The notes: generated by a model not told the origin, from the letters alone. Counted from the stretch's first letter, positions 18,869 through 28,447 are shown. The stretch is 64,000 bases of DNA from Patescibacteria group bacterium (GCA_013387205.1 WARV01000024.1:11283-75282), one strand, 5' to 3'. Numbers and translations: made by a program.

Positions 18869-19138
18869 ATGGAAAGCAATGAAGAGCAGATTCTGCAAAG
18901 CTTACGGGAAAGGACCAAGGAAACACATGCTTCCCAGCGAGTCACTTTGCTCCTGGTCTATGGCCACAAAGTGAAAGGAGAACTGTATCATGTGGGCGAA
19001 AAAGACATCACCCTGCGTGTCACCCCGTGGTGGCGATCCCTGTTCGGGCTGGGTGCCATATTCTTCCACTGCCACCCGAGCAAGATTGTGGGCTATGCTG
19101 CCCAGTTCATCGACCGTAGCGGCTCTGTTCTCGACTGA
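18869..19138 (+). CDS. Hypothetical protein with Sm/Hfq-like motif
   Basis: Promoter TTTACA-17-TATTCT (18820-18848), SD AGGAGGA, terminator 19171-19210; RVTLLLVYGHKVKGEL. Confidence 0.7.
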   Translation: MESNEEQILQSLRERTKETHASQRVTLLLVYGHKVKGELYHVGEKDITLRVTPWWRSLFGLGAIFFHCHPSKIVGYAAQFIDRSGSVLD

Positions 19139-19349
19139 CTACTGGTTATTAGCCTACGATTACCTTAACACGGCCCCCGCCGGAATTACCGGCGGTGGGC
19201 TTTTTCTTTTTGCCTTGTCACGCCGAAGCCTTGCCTTGCCCGCCATAGCTTTACGCGAAGGCTGGGGCGAAGGCGGATGCTTTACAATTCCCTGCCCTTT
19301 TGTTATTCTAACCATCGCAATATGGTCTCAGACGAGAGGAGGAACATTA

Positions 19350-19595
19350 ATGGCAGGTTCCGTTATTTCTGCAGCCGTGCATTATGAATGCACAGATCCG
19401 AAAAAAGATAACTCTGGGTATCTAATCATGGTGCCGGTAGTTGAAGGCACCAATATCCCAGACGTCACCAAGACTGGCACAATTGTTGCAAAAAGAGAAT
19501 CCGGAGATATCACCGTAGAGGCAAGGATTCCAAACATCAATTACTGCCCGGAATGCGGTGCGCACATTCACGACGATCCGATACCGCGACGCTGA
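19350..19595 (+). CDS. Hypothetical Zn-ribbon protein (C-terminal INYCPECG)
   Basis: Promoter TTTACA-17-TATTCT (19281-19309), SD GAGGAGGA, terminator about 19606-19661. Confidence 0.7.
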   Translation: MAGSVISAAVHYECTDPKKDNSGYLIMVPVVEGTNIPDVTKTGTIVAKRESGDITVEARIPNINYCPECGAHIHDDPIPRR

Positions 19596-19682
19596 ATTTC
19601 CTTTTGCCCTAACCGCCCAATCCCGACTTTTTGGGACAAGCGGTTCAGGGCTTTTCTTTTTGCTTGAATTACGTAATCTTTT

Positions 19683-19800
19683 TGTCATTGCGAGGAGACA
19701 AAGGGCTTTATCTTTGCCGACGAAGCAATCTTTTCATGATTAAGATTGCTTTCACCTTCGCTAAAGCTACGGCGGACAAGTCGGCTGCACTCATAAGACA
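19683..19800. repeat. RPE-like palindromic element with a nested family H hairpin
   Basis: TGTCATTGCGAG...CGAAGCAATCT...AGATTGCTT[CCTTCGCTAAAGCTACGGCGGACAAG]TCGGCTGCACTC...GACA. Confidence 0.75.
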
Positions 19801-19856
19801 TCTAGCCAATTTTAAAGGGCCAACCGTTAGGTTGGCCCTTTCAACTTCAGCGATAT

Positions 19857-19910
19857 ATCCGCCACGAAGTGGCCCCTTTGGGGCGTTGCTATCCGCGAGT
19901 AATCCGCGGT
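19857..19910. repeat. Repeat family G copy next to the fusA stop
   Basis: ATCCGCCACGAAGTGGCCCCTTTGGGGCGTTGCTATCCGCGAGTAATCCGCGGT. Confidence 0.8.
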
Positions 19911-19911
19911 A

Positions 19912-22035
19912 CTACATACCCTTTCTCACATTAACGCCAGCGCGGGATTCAATAATCTTCTGCGCAATATTGCGAGGCACTTCGGCGTAGTGGTCGAATT
20001 CCATAGTGTAGGATGCTTGTCCCTGCGTCATGGAACGCAAAGTTGTGGCGTAGCCGAACATTTCGGACAGCGGCACAAAAGCGTCAATAATCTTAAGATG
20101 CAAGCGGTCAGTCATTTCGTTAATCTGCGCGCGCTTGGAGTTAAGGTCGCCGATAACGTCACCCATGTTGGTTTCCGGAGTGGTAACTTCCACTTTCATA
20201 ATCGGCTCCAAAATAATCGGATCAGCTCTCTTAATCACATCTTGAAGTCCCTTGGAAGCGGCGATTTTAAATGCCATTTCAGAAGAGTCTACTTCGTGGT
20301 AAGAACCGTCGTAAACGGCAATTTGAAAGTCCACCAAAGGATATCCGGCAATAACGCCGTTGGCAGCAGATTCCTGAATACCTTTATCAATCGGTTTGAT
20401 ATATTCTTTAGGAATAACACCGCCGACGATTTCATCAAGGAATTTATAACCTTCGCCTCTGGCAAGCGGCTCGGCACGCAAGTAAACGTGCCCGTACTGC
20501 CCGCGTCCGCCGGACTGGCGGATGTATTTGCTTTCCGCGGTGGCCGTACTCTTGATGGTTTCCTTGTAAGCGACTTCCGGCTTTCCGACGTTGGCTTCCA
20601 CTTTAAATTCGCGCTTCATGCGGTCCACAATGATTTCCAAGTGCAATTCGCCCATTCCGGCAATAATTGTCTGCTGGGTTTCTTCGTTGGTAGACAACTT
20701 GAAGGTCGGATCTTCTTCAGCCAGCTTGGACAAAGCAATGCCCATTTTTTCCTGGTCAGCTTTGGTCTTAGGCTCAACAGCCATGTGAATGACCGGATCT
20801 GCGAACTTAATGGCTTCCAAAACAATCGGCTTGTCCATATCGCAAAGCGTGTCACCGGTAAAGGTGTCTTTGGGCCCAACGAGCGCGCAAATGTCTCCGG
20901 CAAAAACTTCCTTGACTTCGTCGCGCTGATCCGCGCGCATGCGCACAATACGTCCTACGCGCTCTTTATTTTGGGTACGCGCGTTAAGAACGTAAGAGCC
21001 AGCTTCCAGCTTCCCCGAGTATACGCGGAAGAAAGCCAAGCGTCCGACGAACGGGTCAGTGGCAATTTTAAAAGCCAAAGCCGTAAATGGTTCATCATCG
21101 GAAGGTTTGCGTTCTAACGGCGCTTCGGTTTTTGGTTCATGGCCTTTTACCGATCCCCTGTCAGTCGGGCTAGGCAAAAAGTTGGTAACAGCGTCCAAAA
21201 TGGTCTGCACAATAACCCCGCGTCCGTCTCCGCCTAAAACCGGGAAGAATTTTCCGCCCTGCACGGCCTTGCGGATAGCAGTCAAAAATTCCTGTTCGGT
21301 CAATTCCTGTCCGCCTAAGTATTTTTCCATCAAAGCATCGTCGCTTTCCACAACTTTTTCCATGAGCTTATGGCGATATTCTTTGGCTTTTTCCATCATA
21401 TCTGCCGGCACTTCTTCGATAGTGAATTCTTTATCAGTAAAATCTTTGTAGGTGTAAGCCTTCATGTTAATCAAGTCCACGACGCCGCGAATTTCTTTTT
21501 CAAAACCGATTGGGATTTGAATAGGAAAAGCGTTCGGAGACAATCTCTTGTGGATGGAATCGAGCGAGCGGTAAAAATCGCCGCCGGTCTGGTTGATCTT
21601 GTTGATAAAGCACATGCGAGGCACCTGATACTTGTCAGCCTGGCGCCAGACAGTTTCGGACTGCGGCTCCACGCCCATCTTGCCGTCGAACACGACTACG
21701 GCGCCGTCCAAGACGCGCAAAGAGCGCTCCACTTCCACGGTAAAGTCCACGTGGCCCGGAGTGTCAATAATGTTGATTTTGTGCTTGGTGTCGCCGCCGA
21801 GCTTTATAAAGCGCGGGGTCCAATAGCAAGTCACGGCCGCGGAAGTAATGGTAATTCCGCGTTCGCGTTCCTGCTCCATCCAGTCAGTCACGGTCTCGCC
21901 TTCGTGCACCGCGCCGATCTTATGGATCATTCCTGTGTTATATAAGATACCTTCGGTAACCGTGGTCTTGCCGGCATCAATGTGCGCGATAATCCCAATG
22001 TTACGAGTTACCTCAATAGGATACTCTCTTGGCAT
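19912..22035 (-). CDS. fusA: Elongation factor G
   Basis: [34 protein letters not shown]. Confidence 0.98.
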   Translation of the reverse strand: MPREYPIEVTRNIGIIAHIDAGKTTVTEGILYNTGMIHKIGAVHEGETVTDWMEQERERGITITSAAVTCYWTPRFIKLGGDTKHKINIIDTPGHVDFTVEVERSLRVLDGAVVVFDGKMGVEPQSETVWRQADKYQVPRMCFINKINQTGGDFYRSLDSIHKRLSPNAFPIQIPIGFEKEIRGVVDLINMKAYTYKDFTDKEFTIEEVPADMMEKAKEYRHKLMEKVVESDDALMEKYLGGQELTEQEFLTAIRKAVQGGKFFPVLGGDGRGVIVQTILDAVTNFLPSPTDRGSVKGHEPKTEAPLERKPSDDEPFTALAFKIATDPFVGRLAFFRVYSGKLEAGSYVLNARTQNKERVGRIVRMRADQRDEVKEVFAGDICALVGPKDTFTGDTLCDMDKPIVLEAIKFADPVIHMAVEPKTKADQEKMGIALSKLAEEDPTFKLSTNEETQQTIIAGMGELHLEIIVDRMKREFKVEANVGKPEVAYKETIKSTATAESKYIRQSGGRGQYGHVYLRAEPLARGEGYKFLDEIVGGVIPKEYIKPIDKGIQESAANGVIAGYPLVDFQIAVYDGSYHEVDSSEMAFKIAASKGLQDVIKRADPIILEPIMKVEVTTPETNMGDVIGDLNSKRAQINEMTDRLHLKIIDAFVPLSEMFGYATTLRSMTQGQASYTMEFDHYAEVPRNIAQKIIESRAGVNVRKGM

Positions 22036-22165
22036 AAAATAATTTAGTGATTAAATAATTTTTTGATTTATTGATTTTACTTGATGTCCGATAAACCTAA
22101 TAAGGCTTATCATGACCTATATTAACGGTTAAATCCTAATAAGTTTGCGTTTTAGCCGTTCTTTT

Positions 22166-22279
22166 ATACCACCTCCCCCTCGCTTCGCTCGGGTACTCCT
22201 CCTAATATTAGGAGGAGAGACTGCAGTTCTCCCCTCCTGCAAAGGAGGGGTGCCCCGACTTGTCGGGACGGGGTGGTAT
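22166..22279. repeat. DUF559-type multi-hairpin element (CCTCC/GGAGG arms)
   Basis: ATACCACC...CTCCTCCTAATATTAGGAGGAG...CCCCTCCTGCAAAGGAGGGG...GGTGGTAT; same style as flanks of 42087-42437. Confidence 0.75.
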
Positions 22280-22297
22280 ATTCGTAGATTCGATTTC

Positions 22298-22846
22298 TTA
22301 TCTTCTGTTAAATCTCGCAAAGTGCGCGAAAGCCTTGTTGGCTTCGGCCATGCGGTGGGTGTCGTCGCGCTTCTTGACTGCAGCGCCAATCTTGTTGTAG
22401 GCATCCATAATTTCCGCGGCGAGCTTTTCACGCATCGGGGCGCCTTTTCTGGACTGGGCAGCGGCAATCATCCACTTCATTCCCAAAGTGGTCCTTCTTG
22501 GTTCCATGACTTCCATCGGAACCTGATAGTTGGACCCGCCAATGCGGCGGCCTTTAATTTCCATCAACGGGGAAACGTTTTTCAAGGCAATGTCAAAAAC
22601 CTGGCGGCCATCCAAAACTTTTTCCTTATTCCCTTCGCCTTTGGCAGCAGGCGCTGGTGTAGCGGCTGCCGGGGCTGATTTCATTTTTTCAGTGACAATC
22701 TCCAAAGCATCGTAAAAGATTTTCCTGGCCACGTTCTTCTTGCCGTTCTGCATCATGTAATTGATGAATTTGGCGTATTTGACGCTGCCGAATTTCAGGT
22801 CAGGAAGCGGAGTGTGTTTGTCGTAACTTCTAGATTTTCTTGGCAT
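22298..22846 (-). CDS. rpsG: 30S ribosomal protein S7 with an Ala/Pro insertion
   Basis: RRIGGSNYQVP; AVKKRDDTHRMAEANKAFAHF. Confidence 0.98.
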   Translation of the reverse strand: MPRKSRSYDKHTPLPDLKFGSVKYAKFINYMMQNGKKNVARKIFYDALEIVTEKMKSAPAAATPAPAAKGEGNKEKVLDGRQVFDIALKNVSPLMEIKGRRIGGSNYQVPMEVMEPRRTTLGMKWMIAAAQSRKGAPMREKLAAEIMDAYNKIGAAVKKRDDTHRMAEANKAFAHFARFNRR

Positions 22847-22992
22847 AGATTTACTTCGTAAATTTTCTACTAAATACTAATTATTACTAATTGTACTAAA
22901 TATTATCAACCAAGCTTTATTGATATCACTGTTGGTATATAGCTTTAGTATATTTAGTATCCTTTAGTATTTAGTAGAAGTATTAGTAGAGA
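22847..22992. repeat. Repeat family B, copy 3
   Basis: First 36 nt identical to 7959-7994. Confidence 0.9.
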
Positions 22993-22994
22993 GA

Positions 22995-23408
22995 TTATTT
23001 AGCTTTTGCTCCATATTTGCTTCTGCCGCGTTTTCGACCGTCAACGCCTAAGGTATCTAATTTGCCGCGGACAATGTGATAGCGAACGCCTGGAAGGTCC
23101 TTAACCCTTCCACCGCGGATCATGACCACGCTGTGTTCCTGCAAGTTGTGGCCGATTCCTGGAATGTAAGCAATAACTTCCATTCCGTTGGTGAGTTTGA
23201 CTTTTGCCACCTTGCGCAAAGCCGAGTTCGGCTTTTTCGGGGTGGTGGTGTAAACCTTTAAGCACACGCCGCGCATAAAAGGAGCGCCGGTTTTGATGTG
23301 CAAGGTTTTGTTCTTAATCAGGTTGACGCGGCGCAAAAGTGCCGGAGACTTGCTCTTGGCCAAAAGCGGGCGCCTGCCTTTTCGAACTAATTGGTTAATT
23401 GTTGGCAT
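22995..23408 (-). CDS. rpsL: 30S ribosomal protein S12
   Basis: [36 protein letters not shown]. Confidence 0.99.
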   Translation of the reverse strand: MPTINQLVRKGRRPLLAKSKSPALLRRVNLIKNKTLHIKTGAPFMRGVCLKVYTTTPKKPNSALRKVAKVKLTNGMEVIAYIPGIGHNLQEHSVVMIRGGRVKDLPGVRYHIVRGKLDTLGVDGRKRGRSKYGAKAK

Positions 23409-23413
23409 ACTTC

Positions 23414-23491
23414 TCCACTAATTCACGAATTTACACGAATCACACTAAATACCAGATTAGTGATATTAGTGATGATTAGTGAATTCGTGGA
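23414..23491. repeat. Repeat family D, copy 2
   Basis: TCCACTAATTCACGAATTTACACGAAT...ATTAGTGAATTCGTGGA. Confidence 0.88.
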
Positions 23492-23509
23492 TAAATAATA
23501 TTCTTGAAT

Positions 23510-23548
23510 AAAAAAACTCCGCAGCAAAACTTGAGGAGCTTTTGCTAC
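23510..23548 (-). promoter_or_regulatory. Putative terminator/antiterminator in the rpsL leader
   Basis: Minus strand GTAGCAAAAGC/GTTTTGCTGC hairpin overlaps CTCC...GGAG plus U7. Confidence 0.45.
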
Positions 23549-23783
23549 TTCGCCTGTTTGGTACCGGCTGAAAGCCGTCCGCCGATGAGGCGGATCTCCC
23601 GAAACCTGTGGGAGTAATCTTCCCGAACATTGCGACTAATATAGTAATACTTCTTCGCGATATTTGCGCAATCTGCGCATCCGCGAATAGGGTTTCTTAT
23701 TCAATTACCAATATTATACTATATTGACAAAAAAAGTCAATAACTTTAAGCTACACATAACACAGTCAGAATGGGAGGATTTA

Positions 23784-24173
23784 ATGACGGTTAAACAGGA
23801 TATTGGGACACTGGCATTATTCTATCATGTAGGGTTTTTTCTGTTCTGGTCAGATCTGCACAATAAAACTAATGCGGCAACACAGCCTCTTGAAGGCCTC
23901 ACTGAGATTACTTGCACCATCGCTATCTTAGTTTGGGGTATAGCCACCGCAGTAGTCAAGATCGGGATGATCTGCGGAGCCTGGAAGAAACTGCGACACA
24001 TAAGTGCTGTTAGTATTACTGCTTTTACGCTTTCCATCATCCTCTCAATGTTTATTACGAACGAGAGGTCATGGCAACCCACGGCATTACAAAGAACACT
24101 GGGCGAGATTGACATACTGAGCCAAGTAATGATCGACTTGGTTATCCTTATCAATTTTCGCCGACAATCCTAA
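23784..24173 (+). CDS. Hypothetical membrane protein (about 4 TM)
   Basis: SD GGGAGGA, hydrophobic helices, terminator 24181-24216. Confidence 0.7.
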   Translation: MTVKQDIGTLALFYHVGFFLFWSDLHNKTNAATQPLEGLTEITCTIAILVWGIATAVVKIGMICGAWKKLRHISAVSITAFTLSIILSMFITNERSWQPTALQRTLGEIDILSQVMIDLVILINFRRQS

Positions 24174-24443
24174 TATTCACCCGCGCTACCCTGCCCTATA
24201 GTAGCGCGGCTTTTTTATTGGCAAAAAATGTCAACTAATTATACTATAAGGCCTTGCACGAGGCAATCGGCGCAATAATCACGCTGTCGGAAGACAAAGT
24301 TTGACCCTCTAAAACGACCGCGAGGTTACCTAACGGTAGCCCGCGGCGTTTTTTATCAATATCTCCCATACACTGGAGTATGGGATAATTTACATTGTGA
24401 CAAAATTCATTCGATATTCGTCAAATACAAACAAGGAGGATGC

Positions 24444-24884
24444 ATGAAAATTCCGCTATCAAAGCTTTTGCATCGGTTTGAGCACGTAATAGGCAAAATC
24501 ATAACTGCTTTTTTAAAAAGAAAAGGATATATAGCTGACAAAAGATTCGCGCATGTCAGTATTACCTTAAATAACCGGCCATTTAATGACGACCAAATGT
24601 TTAAATTCGCCGACAATGAACTGAGGCAAATCCGCCATTTTGATTGGCGGCTGAATTTCGGGATGATGCGCCAGGAAGTAATAGTGCTGGTGGAAAACAT
24701 CGCGAGAAATAAAAATAACCCGACTCTGCTTCCGTGCGGCGCCATTGATTTGGAAAAAGCGAATAGATTTCTTTTAAAAGTAGGGTTTCCGTATAGGCTT
24801 GCATTAGCGCACGGATTAAACAATTCCGCGCTTGCCGAATACCGCCTGCGTAAAATAAAAGAAATTGATAGCGAACAGTCCTAA
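24444..24884 (+). CDS. Hypothetical protein
   Basis: SD AAGGAGGA; motif DLEKANRFLLKVGFPYRL. Confidence 0.72.
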   Translation: MKIPLSKLLHRFEHVIGKIITAFLKRKGYIADKRFAHVSITLNNRPFNDDQMFKFADNELRQIRHFDWRLNFGMMRQEVIVLVENIARNKNNPTLLPCGAIDLEKANRFLLKVGFPYRLALAHGLNNSALAEYRLRKIKEIDSEQS

Positions 24885-24923
24885 GCGCGACTTAAAACCG
24901 CTTTTTCTTTTTTAATGATTATT

Positions 24924-24967
24924 TCTATTCCCGGATTTCGAGCGATCGCTCGAAATCCGGGAATAGA
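24924..24967. repeat. Perfect 44-bp loopless palindrome
   Basis: TCTATTCCCGGATTTCGAGCGA|TCGCTCGAAATCCGGGAATAGA. Confidence 0.9.
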
Positions 24968-25043
24968 TCAATTTCACTTTTCTGACATTTCTCCAATACT
25001 ACATAGTATTGTACTTTTGTCAGAGTTTGATGATACAACATTC

Positions 25044-25067
25044 CTTCACTACTTCGAAGTAGTGAAG
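25044..25067. repeat. 24-bp palindrome CTTCACTACTTCGAAGTAGTGAAG
   Basis: Identical copy at 25578-25601. Confidence 0.88.
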
Positions 25068-25142
25068 AAATGTTCAAGTATTGACAAAGGAGGTAAGATA
25101 GATGAAAATTATACTTAAAACCCAAAGATCCAAGGAGGAAAC

Positions 25143-25487
25143 TTGCCGGAAAAATTATTGCTTAAAGGGCGCCACTGGAATCAGTTGAAGTTAAGACGGA
25201 AACCATCCAGAAAAGCGCCAGAAAAAATCCAGCTGAGCGATGACCAGTGGGAAGAACTGGTTAAAATCCAAATTCCTGAATGCTATAATAAGCGACTAGT
25301 TGAACAATATATCAAGGAAGCATATCGCCAGCATAAAGAAGGGCAAATAGGAATTTTCATCCCTCCCAATGACCTTGAAAAAGTCAACGAGTGCCTGCGC
25401 AGCGCCAATGTCAAGTTTTTTTTCAGCTGCATTCACGCCCCAGCAGTCGGCAGTAATGAGAGAATGTGCTGGTTTTTTGTTGCTTAA
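25143..25487 (+). CDS. Hypothetical protein (TTG start)
   Basis: SD AAGGAGGA, TTGACA at 25081; motif DLEKVNECLRSANVKFFF. Confidence 0.68.
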   Translation: MPEKLLLKGRHWNQLKLRRKPSRKAPEKIQLSDDQWEELVKIQIPECYNKRLVEQYIKEAYRQHKEGQIGIFIPPNDLEKVNECLRSANVKFFFSCIHAPAVGSNERMCWFFVA

Positions 25488-25577
25488 AGCCAACAATGCC
25501 GGCACCACACCCAACGCTGCTTAAAGCCCCTAATAAGGCTCGGCAGCGTATTTCTTTTCCATCAAACTCAAACATTT

Positions 25578-25601
25578 CTTCACTACTTCGAAGTAGTGAA
25601 G
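25578..25601. repeat. 24-bp palindrome CTTCACTACTTCGAAGTAGTGAAG
   Basis: Identical to 25044-25067. Confidence 0.88.
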
Positions 25602-25618
25602 TTTTGTAAAAATTTTAT

Positions 25619-26233
25619 TTATATCAACTTAATATGGAAAATGTTTTCGAATAAGATTATTGCGGGTAGGAGGATTTTATCCAATAAACCCAGATACAAA
25701 AACACCAGCACCAGGATAAACCCGTAACGTTCCCATTCTAAAATTTTATACATTATCTCATCTGGCGCCAGCGAGGCCAAAATTTTGCTGCCGTCCAAAG
25801 GAGGAATGGGGACCAAGTTAAAAATTCCCAAAACCAGGTTAAGCAAAATGGCCTGGTATAAAATCGGTTCTGCAATGCGGTTTGACAGGCCAAGCTTAAT
25901 TGGTATTACAAAAAGCACAGCCAAAATGAAATTTGCCATAGGACCGGCCAAGCTGACTAAAGCCATCCCGCTTTTTGGGCGCCTCAAATTATTAAAATTG
26001 ACCGGCACGGGCTTGGCCGCGCCAAATATTATCGGCGAACCGGCCAACATCAACAAGAGAGGCAAAAGGACAGATCCAAAAGGATCAATATGAGGTATGG
26101 GATTTAAGGTAATCCTACCCGCTTCCCTGGCCGTATCATCGCCAAGTTTTTCCGCTACTATCCCGTGACTGACTTCGTGGACTATCGCGGAAAAGATTAA
26201 AATAACGAATGTAATAATGATATTCATAAACAA
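25619..26233 (-). CDS. Site-2 protease (M50) family membrane metalloprotease
   Basis: HEVSH, GRITLNPIPHIDP, AGPMAN, FNLVPIPPLDGS. Confidence 0.92.
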   Translation of the reverse strand: MFMNIIITFVILIFSAIVHEVSHGIVAEKLGDDTAREAGRITLNPIPHIDPFGSVLLPLLLMLAGSPIIFGAAKPVPVNFNNLRRPKSGMALVSLAGPMANFILAVLFVIPIKLGLSNRIAEPILYQAILLNLVLGIFNLVPIPPLDGSKILASLAPDEIMYKILEWERYGFILVLVFLYLGLLDKILLPAIILFENIFHIKLI

Positions 26234-26414
26234 AATGATAAAAATTTGTTTTTAACTGATCGTGAGATAATTCATACCCCCTCTTGCTAATTATAACAAA
26301 TTATGTTAGACTATGTAAGAACTTCAGAATTGGGTTTAAATTCTGAAATCTTAAATCATAAATCCCGCCTTCTCTGGCGGGTCGCCGATGAGGCGACTTA
26401 AATCGAAATTATTT

Positions 26415-26588
26415 ATGCCAAGAATGTGCACAATTTGCGGTAAGACTTACTCTCGCACCATTAAGCGCTCCCATAGCATGCGCGCTTCCATTGTCAGGCT
26501 TCTTCCTAACTTGCAGTGGACCCGCCACAACGGGAAAAGAGTAAAAGCTTGCACCCGCTGCATTAAGACAAAAGCCAAGACTAAATAG
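26415..26588 (+). CDS. rpmB: 50S ribosomal protein L28 (Zn-binding; start corrected)
   Basis: MPRMCTICGK...RSHSMR...PNLQ...ACTRCIK. Confidence 0.9.
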   Translation: MPRMCTICGKTYSRTIKRSHSMRASIVRLLPNLQWTRHNGKRVKACTRCIKTKAKTK

Positions 26589-26602
26589 TTTTGCAAACAT
26601 TC

Positions 26603-26638
26603 CCCCGCCTTTCGACAACACACAAAGGCGGGGTTTTT
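26603..26638 (+). terminator. Terminator after rpmB
   Basis: CCCCGCCTTT...AAAGGCGGGG-TTTTT. Confidence 0.8.
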
Positions 26639-26695
26639 GTTTATAAACAAATTTGATATAATAAAATAACCGTGAGATAATTTTTGAAACAAAAA

Positions 26696-28075
26696 ATGAG
26701 AGAAAAGATAAAAATATTATTTGCTAAAGCAAAAGAAAAAATTTTGGGGTTTTTAAAAAAATGTTTTAATTTTAAAACCTTACCCTGGATTTTAATAGGA
26801 TTGGTTTTGCTCGGAGCCGCTGGCGTTGGCGGATATTTTTTGTACCAAAAAAAATATCCCAAAAAAATCCAATTACAGGCTGTAAAAAACCAAAATATTT
26901 ATATGGCATTCCTGGATGAAATTTACGGCATAATCCAAACCAATTACTGGGAAAAAATTTCTGACGAACAATTGACCGAGCTTTATCGCCTGGCAGTGGA
27001 AAAAGTCAGCGGGAAACCTGCAACGCTTCCGGCAAAAAACCGCGAAGCTCTGGACAATTTGCTTTTAAGCAACATCAACTCACTGGAAAATAATGGCAAG
27101 AAAAAAGAATTCGCTGCCAATGTTGCAGACGTGGTGCTGGCAAATTTGCAACCCTTTGGCCGCAGCCGGCTTTATACCCAAAAACTCCAGCAGGATTTAA
27201 GCAACGCGGTAAATAATATAGATCCGACCGCAAACCTTTATGCCGACTTGGGGGTAAAAAAAGATTCCAAACCCGAAGAAATCAAACAAGCTTACGAGCA
27301 AAAAGCAAATGAACTTGCAAAAGATACGAGCGAGGGAGGAAAACAAAAACTGGCACAGGTCAACCGCGCGTACGAGGCTTTAAAAACTCCTGAACTGAAA
27401 AACCGCTATGACCAGACCGGGGCTGAACCAAGCGTTATTGGCGAGCGGCTTGGCACAAACATCGAGCATATTTGGATAAAGAGGTTCTCCCCGACAACCA
27501 TCCAGGACTTGGTGTCTGTAGCAGACGAAGCGGACAAGAATGGCGGCAAAGATTTAAATACTTTAATTTTAGACTTGCGCGGAAACATCGGCGGGGCTAT
27601 TGACCAACTCCCCTATTTTTTGGGGCCATTTGTCGGGCCGGACAGGGAAGCTTACCAGTATTACCACCAGGGAGAAAAATTACCGTTTCGAACTTTGGCA
27701 GGATGGCTGCCCAGCCTGGTCAGATATAAAAAAGTAGTAATTATGACGGACGAACGCTCGCAATCATCAGCAGAAGTAATGGCGGCATCTTTAAAGAAAT
27801 TTAATGTTGGGGTGCTGGTTGGAACCAAAACCAAAGGCTGGGGCACGATTGAAAGAGTGTTTGATATAAAGACGCAAATCGACCCGAATGAAATTTACGC
27901 CGCGTTTTTGGTACACACTATCACTTTGCGCGACGACGGCCAGCCCATTGAAGGCCGCGGCGTAGATCCGGCAATAGATATTACGGCCAAAGATTGGGGC
28001 AAACAGCTGGAAGATTACTTTAACTTCCCTCCCCTAATCCAGGCCGTACAGAAAGTTTGGAATGAAAAATATTAA
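26696..28075 (+). CDS. Membrane-anchored S41 family peptidase with an internal J-like domain
   Basis: TM anchor; LILDLRGNIGG, SQSSAEV, GTKTKGWG; J-like segment NLYADLGV...IKQAY...VNRAYEALKTPELKNRYD. Confidence 0.85.
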   Translation: MREKIKILFAKAKEKILGFLKKCFNFKTLPWILIGLVLLGAAGVGGYFLYQKKYPKKIQLQAVKNQNIYMAFLDEIYGIIQTNYWEKISDEQLTELYRLAVEKVSGKPATLPAKNREALDNLLLSNINSLENNGKKKEFAANVADVVLANLQPFGRSRLYTQKLQQDLSNAVNNIDPTANLYADLGVKKDSKPEEIKQAYEQKANELAKDTSEGGKQKLAQVNRAYEALKTPELKNRYDQTGAEPSVIGERLGTNIEHIWIKRFSPTTIQDLVSVADEADKNGGKDLNTLILDLRGNIGGAIDQLPYFLGPFVGPDREAYQYYHQGEKLPFRTLAGWLPSLVRYKKVVIMTDERSQSSAEVMAASLKKFNVGVLVGTKTKGWGTIERVFDIKTQIDPNEIYAAFLVHTITLRDDGQPIEGRGVDPAIDITAKDWGKQLEDYFNFPPLIQAVQKVWNEKY

Positions 28076-28076
28076 C

Positions 28077-28187
28077 ATAATCCGAATTACCCAAAAAATA
28101 TCCTAATAACCCGAAAACAAGACCAACCAAAGGTTGGTCTTGTTTATTTAGGGGCATTCGGATGCTAATTCGGGGCATTAGGATTAC
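28077..28187. repeat. Repeat family A, copy 4 (inverted), between converging genes
   Basis: ATAATCCGAAT...ATTCGGGGCATTAGGATTA. Confidence 0.8.
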
Positions 28188-28189
28188 AT

Positions 28190-28444
28190 TTACAACGCGC
28201 CTTCTTGTTTTAAAATTTGCTGCTTGCGCCTGCGGCCGCGATTGTAGCCGCCGGGTTTTCCATCTGCGCGAATAACACGGTGGCAAGGAATTTCGGGGTT
28301 ATAATTTTTGCTTAAAATATTTCCGACAGCTCTAAAAGCTCCGGGGCTTCCGGCGAATTCCGCCACTTCCCCATATGTCAAAGTCTGGCCTTTGGGGATT
28401 TTTTTGACGATTTCGTATACGCGTTGGGTAAAAGTCTTGTTCAT
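28190..28444 (-). CDS. MGMT family (O6-alkylguanine DNA alkyltransferase C-terminal domain) protein
   Basis: IPKGQTLTYGEVA, RAVGNIL, active-site IPCHRV. Confidence 0.9.
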   Translation of the reverse strand: MNKTFTQRVYEIVKKIPKGQTLTYGEVAEFAGSPGAFRAVGNILSKNYNPEIPCHRVIRADGKPGGYNRGRRRKQQILKQEGAL

Positions 28445-28447
28445 AAT

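Noticed and set aside
18990-19349. 201-aa ORF 18990-19595
   Set aside because: Its 5' part overlaps another gene, a terminator and a repeat. A promoter and strong SD support the start at 19350.
24280-24300. GGAA tetraloop as SRP (4.5S) RNA
   Set aside because: Lacks the conserved CAGG/AGCA internal loop of SRP domain IV.
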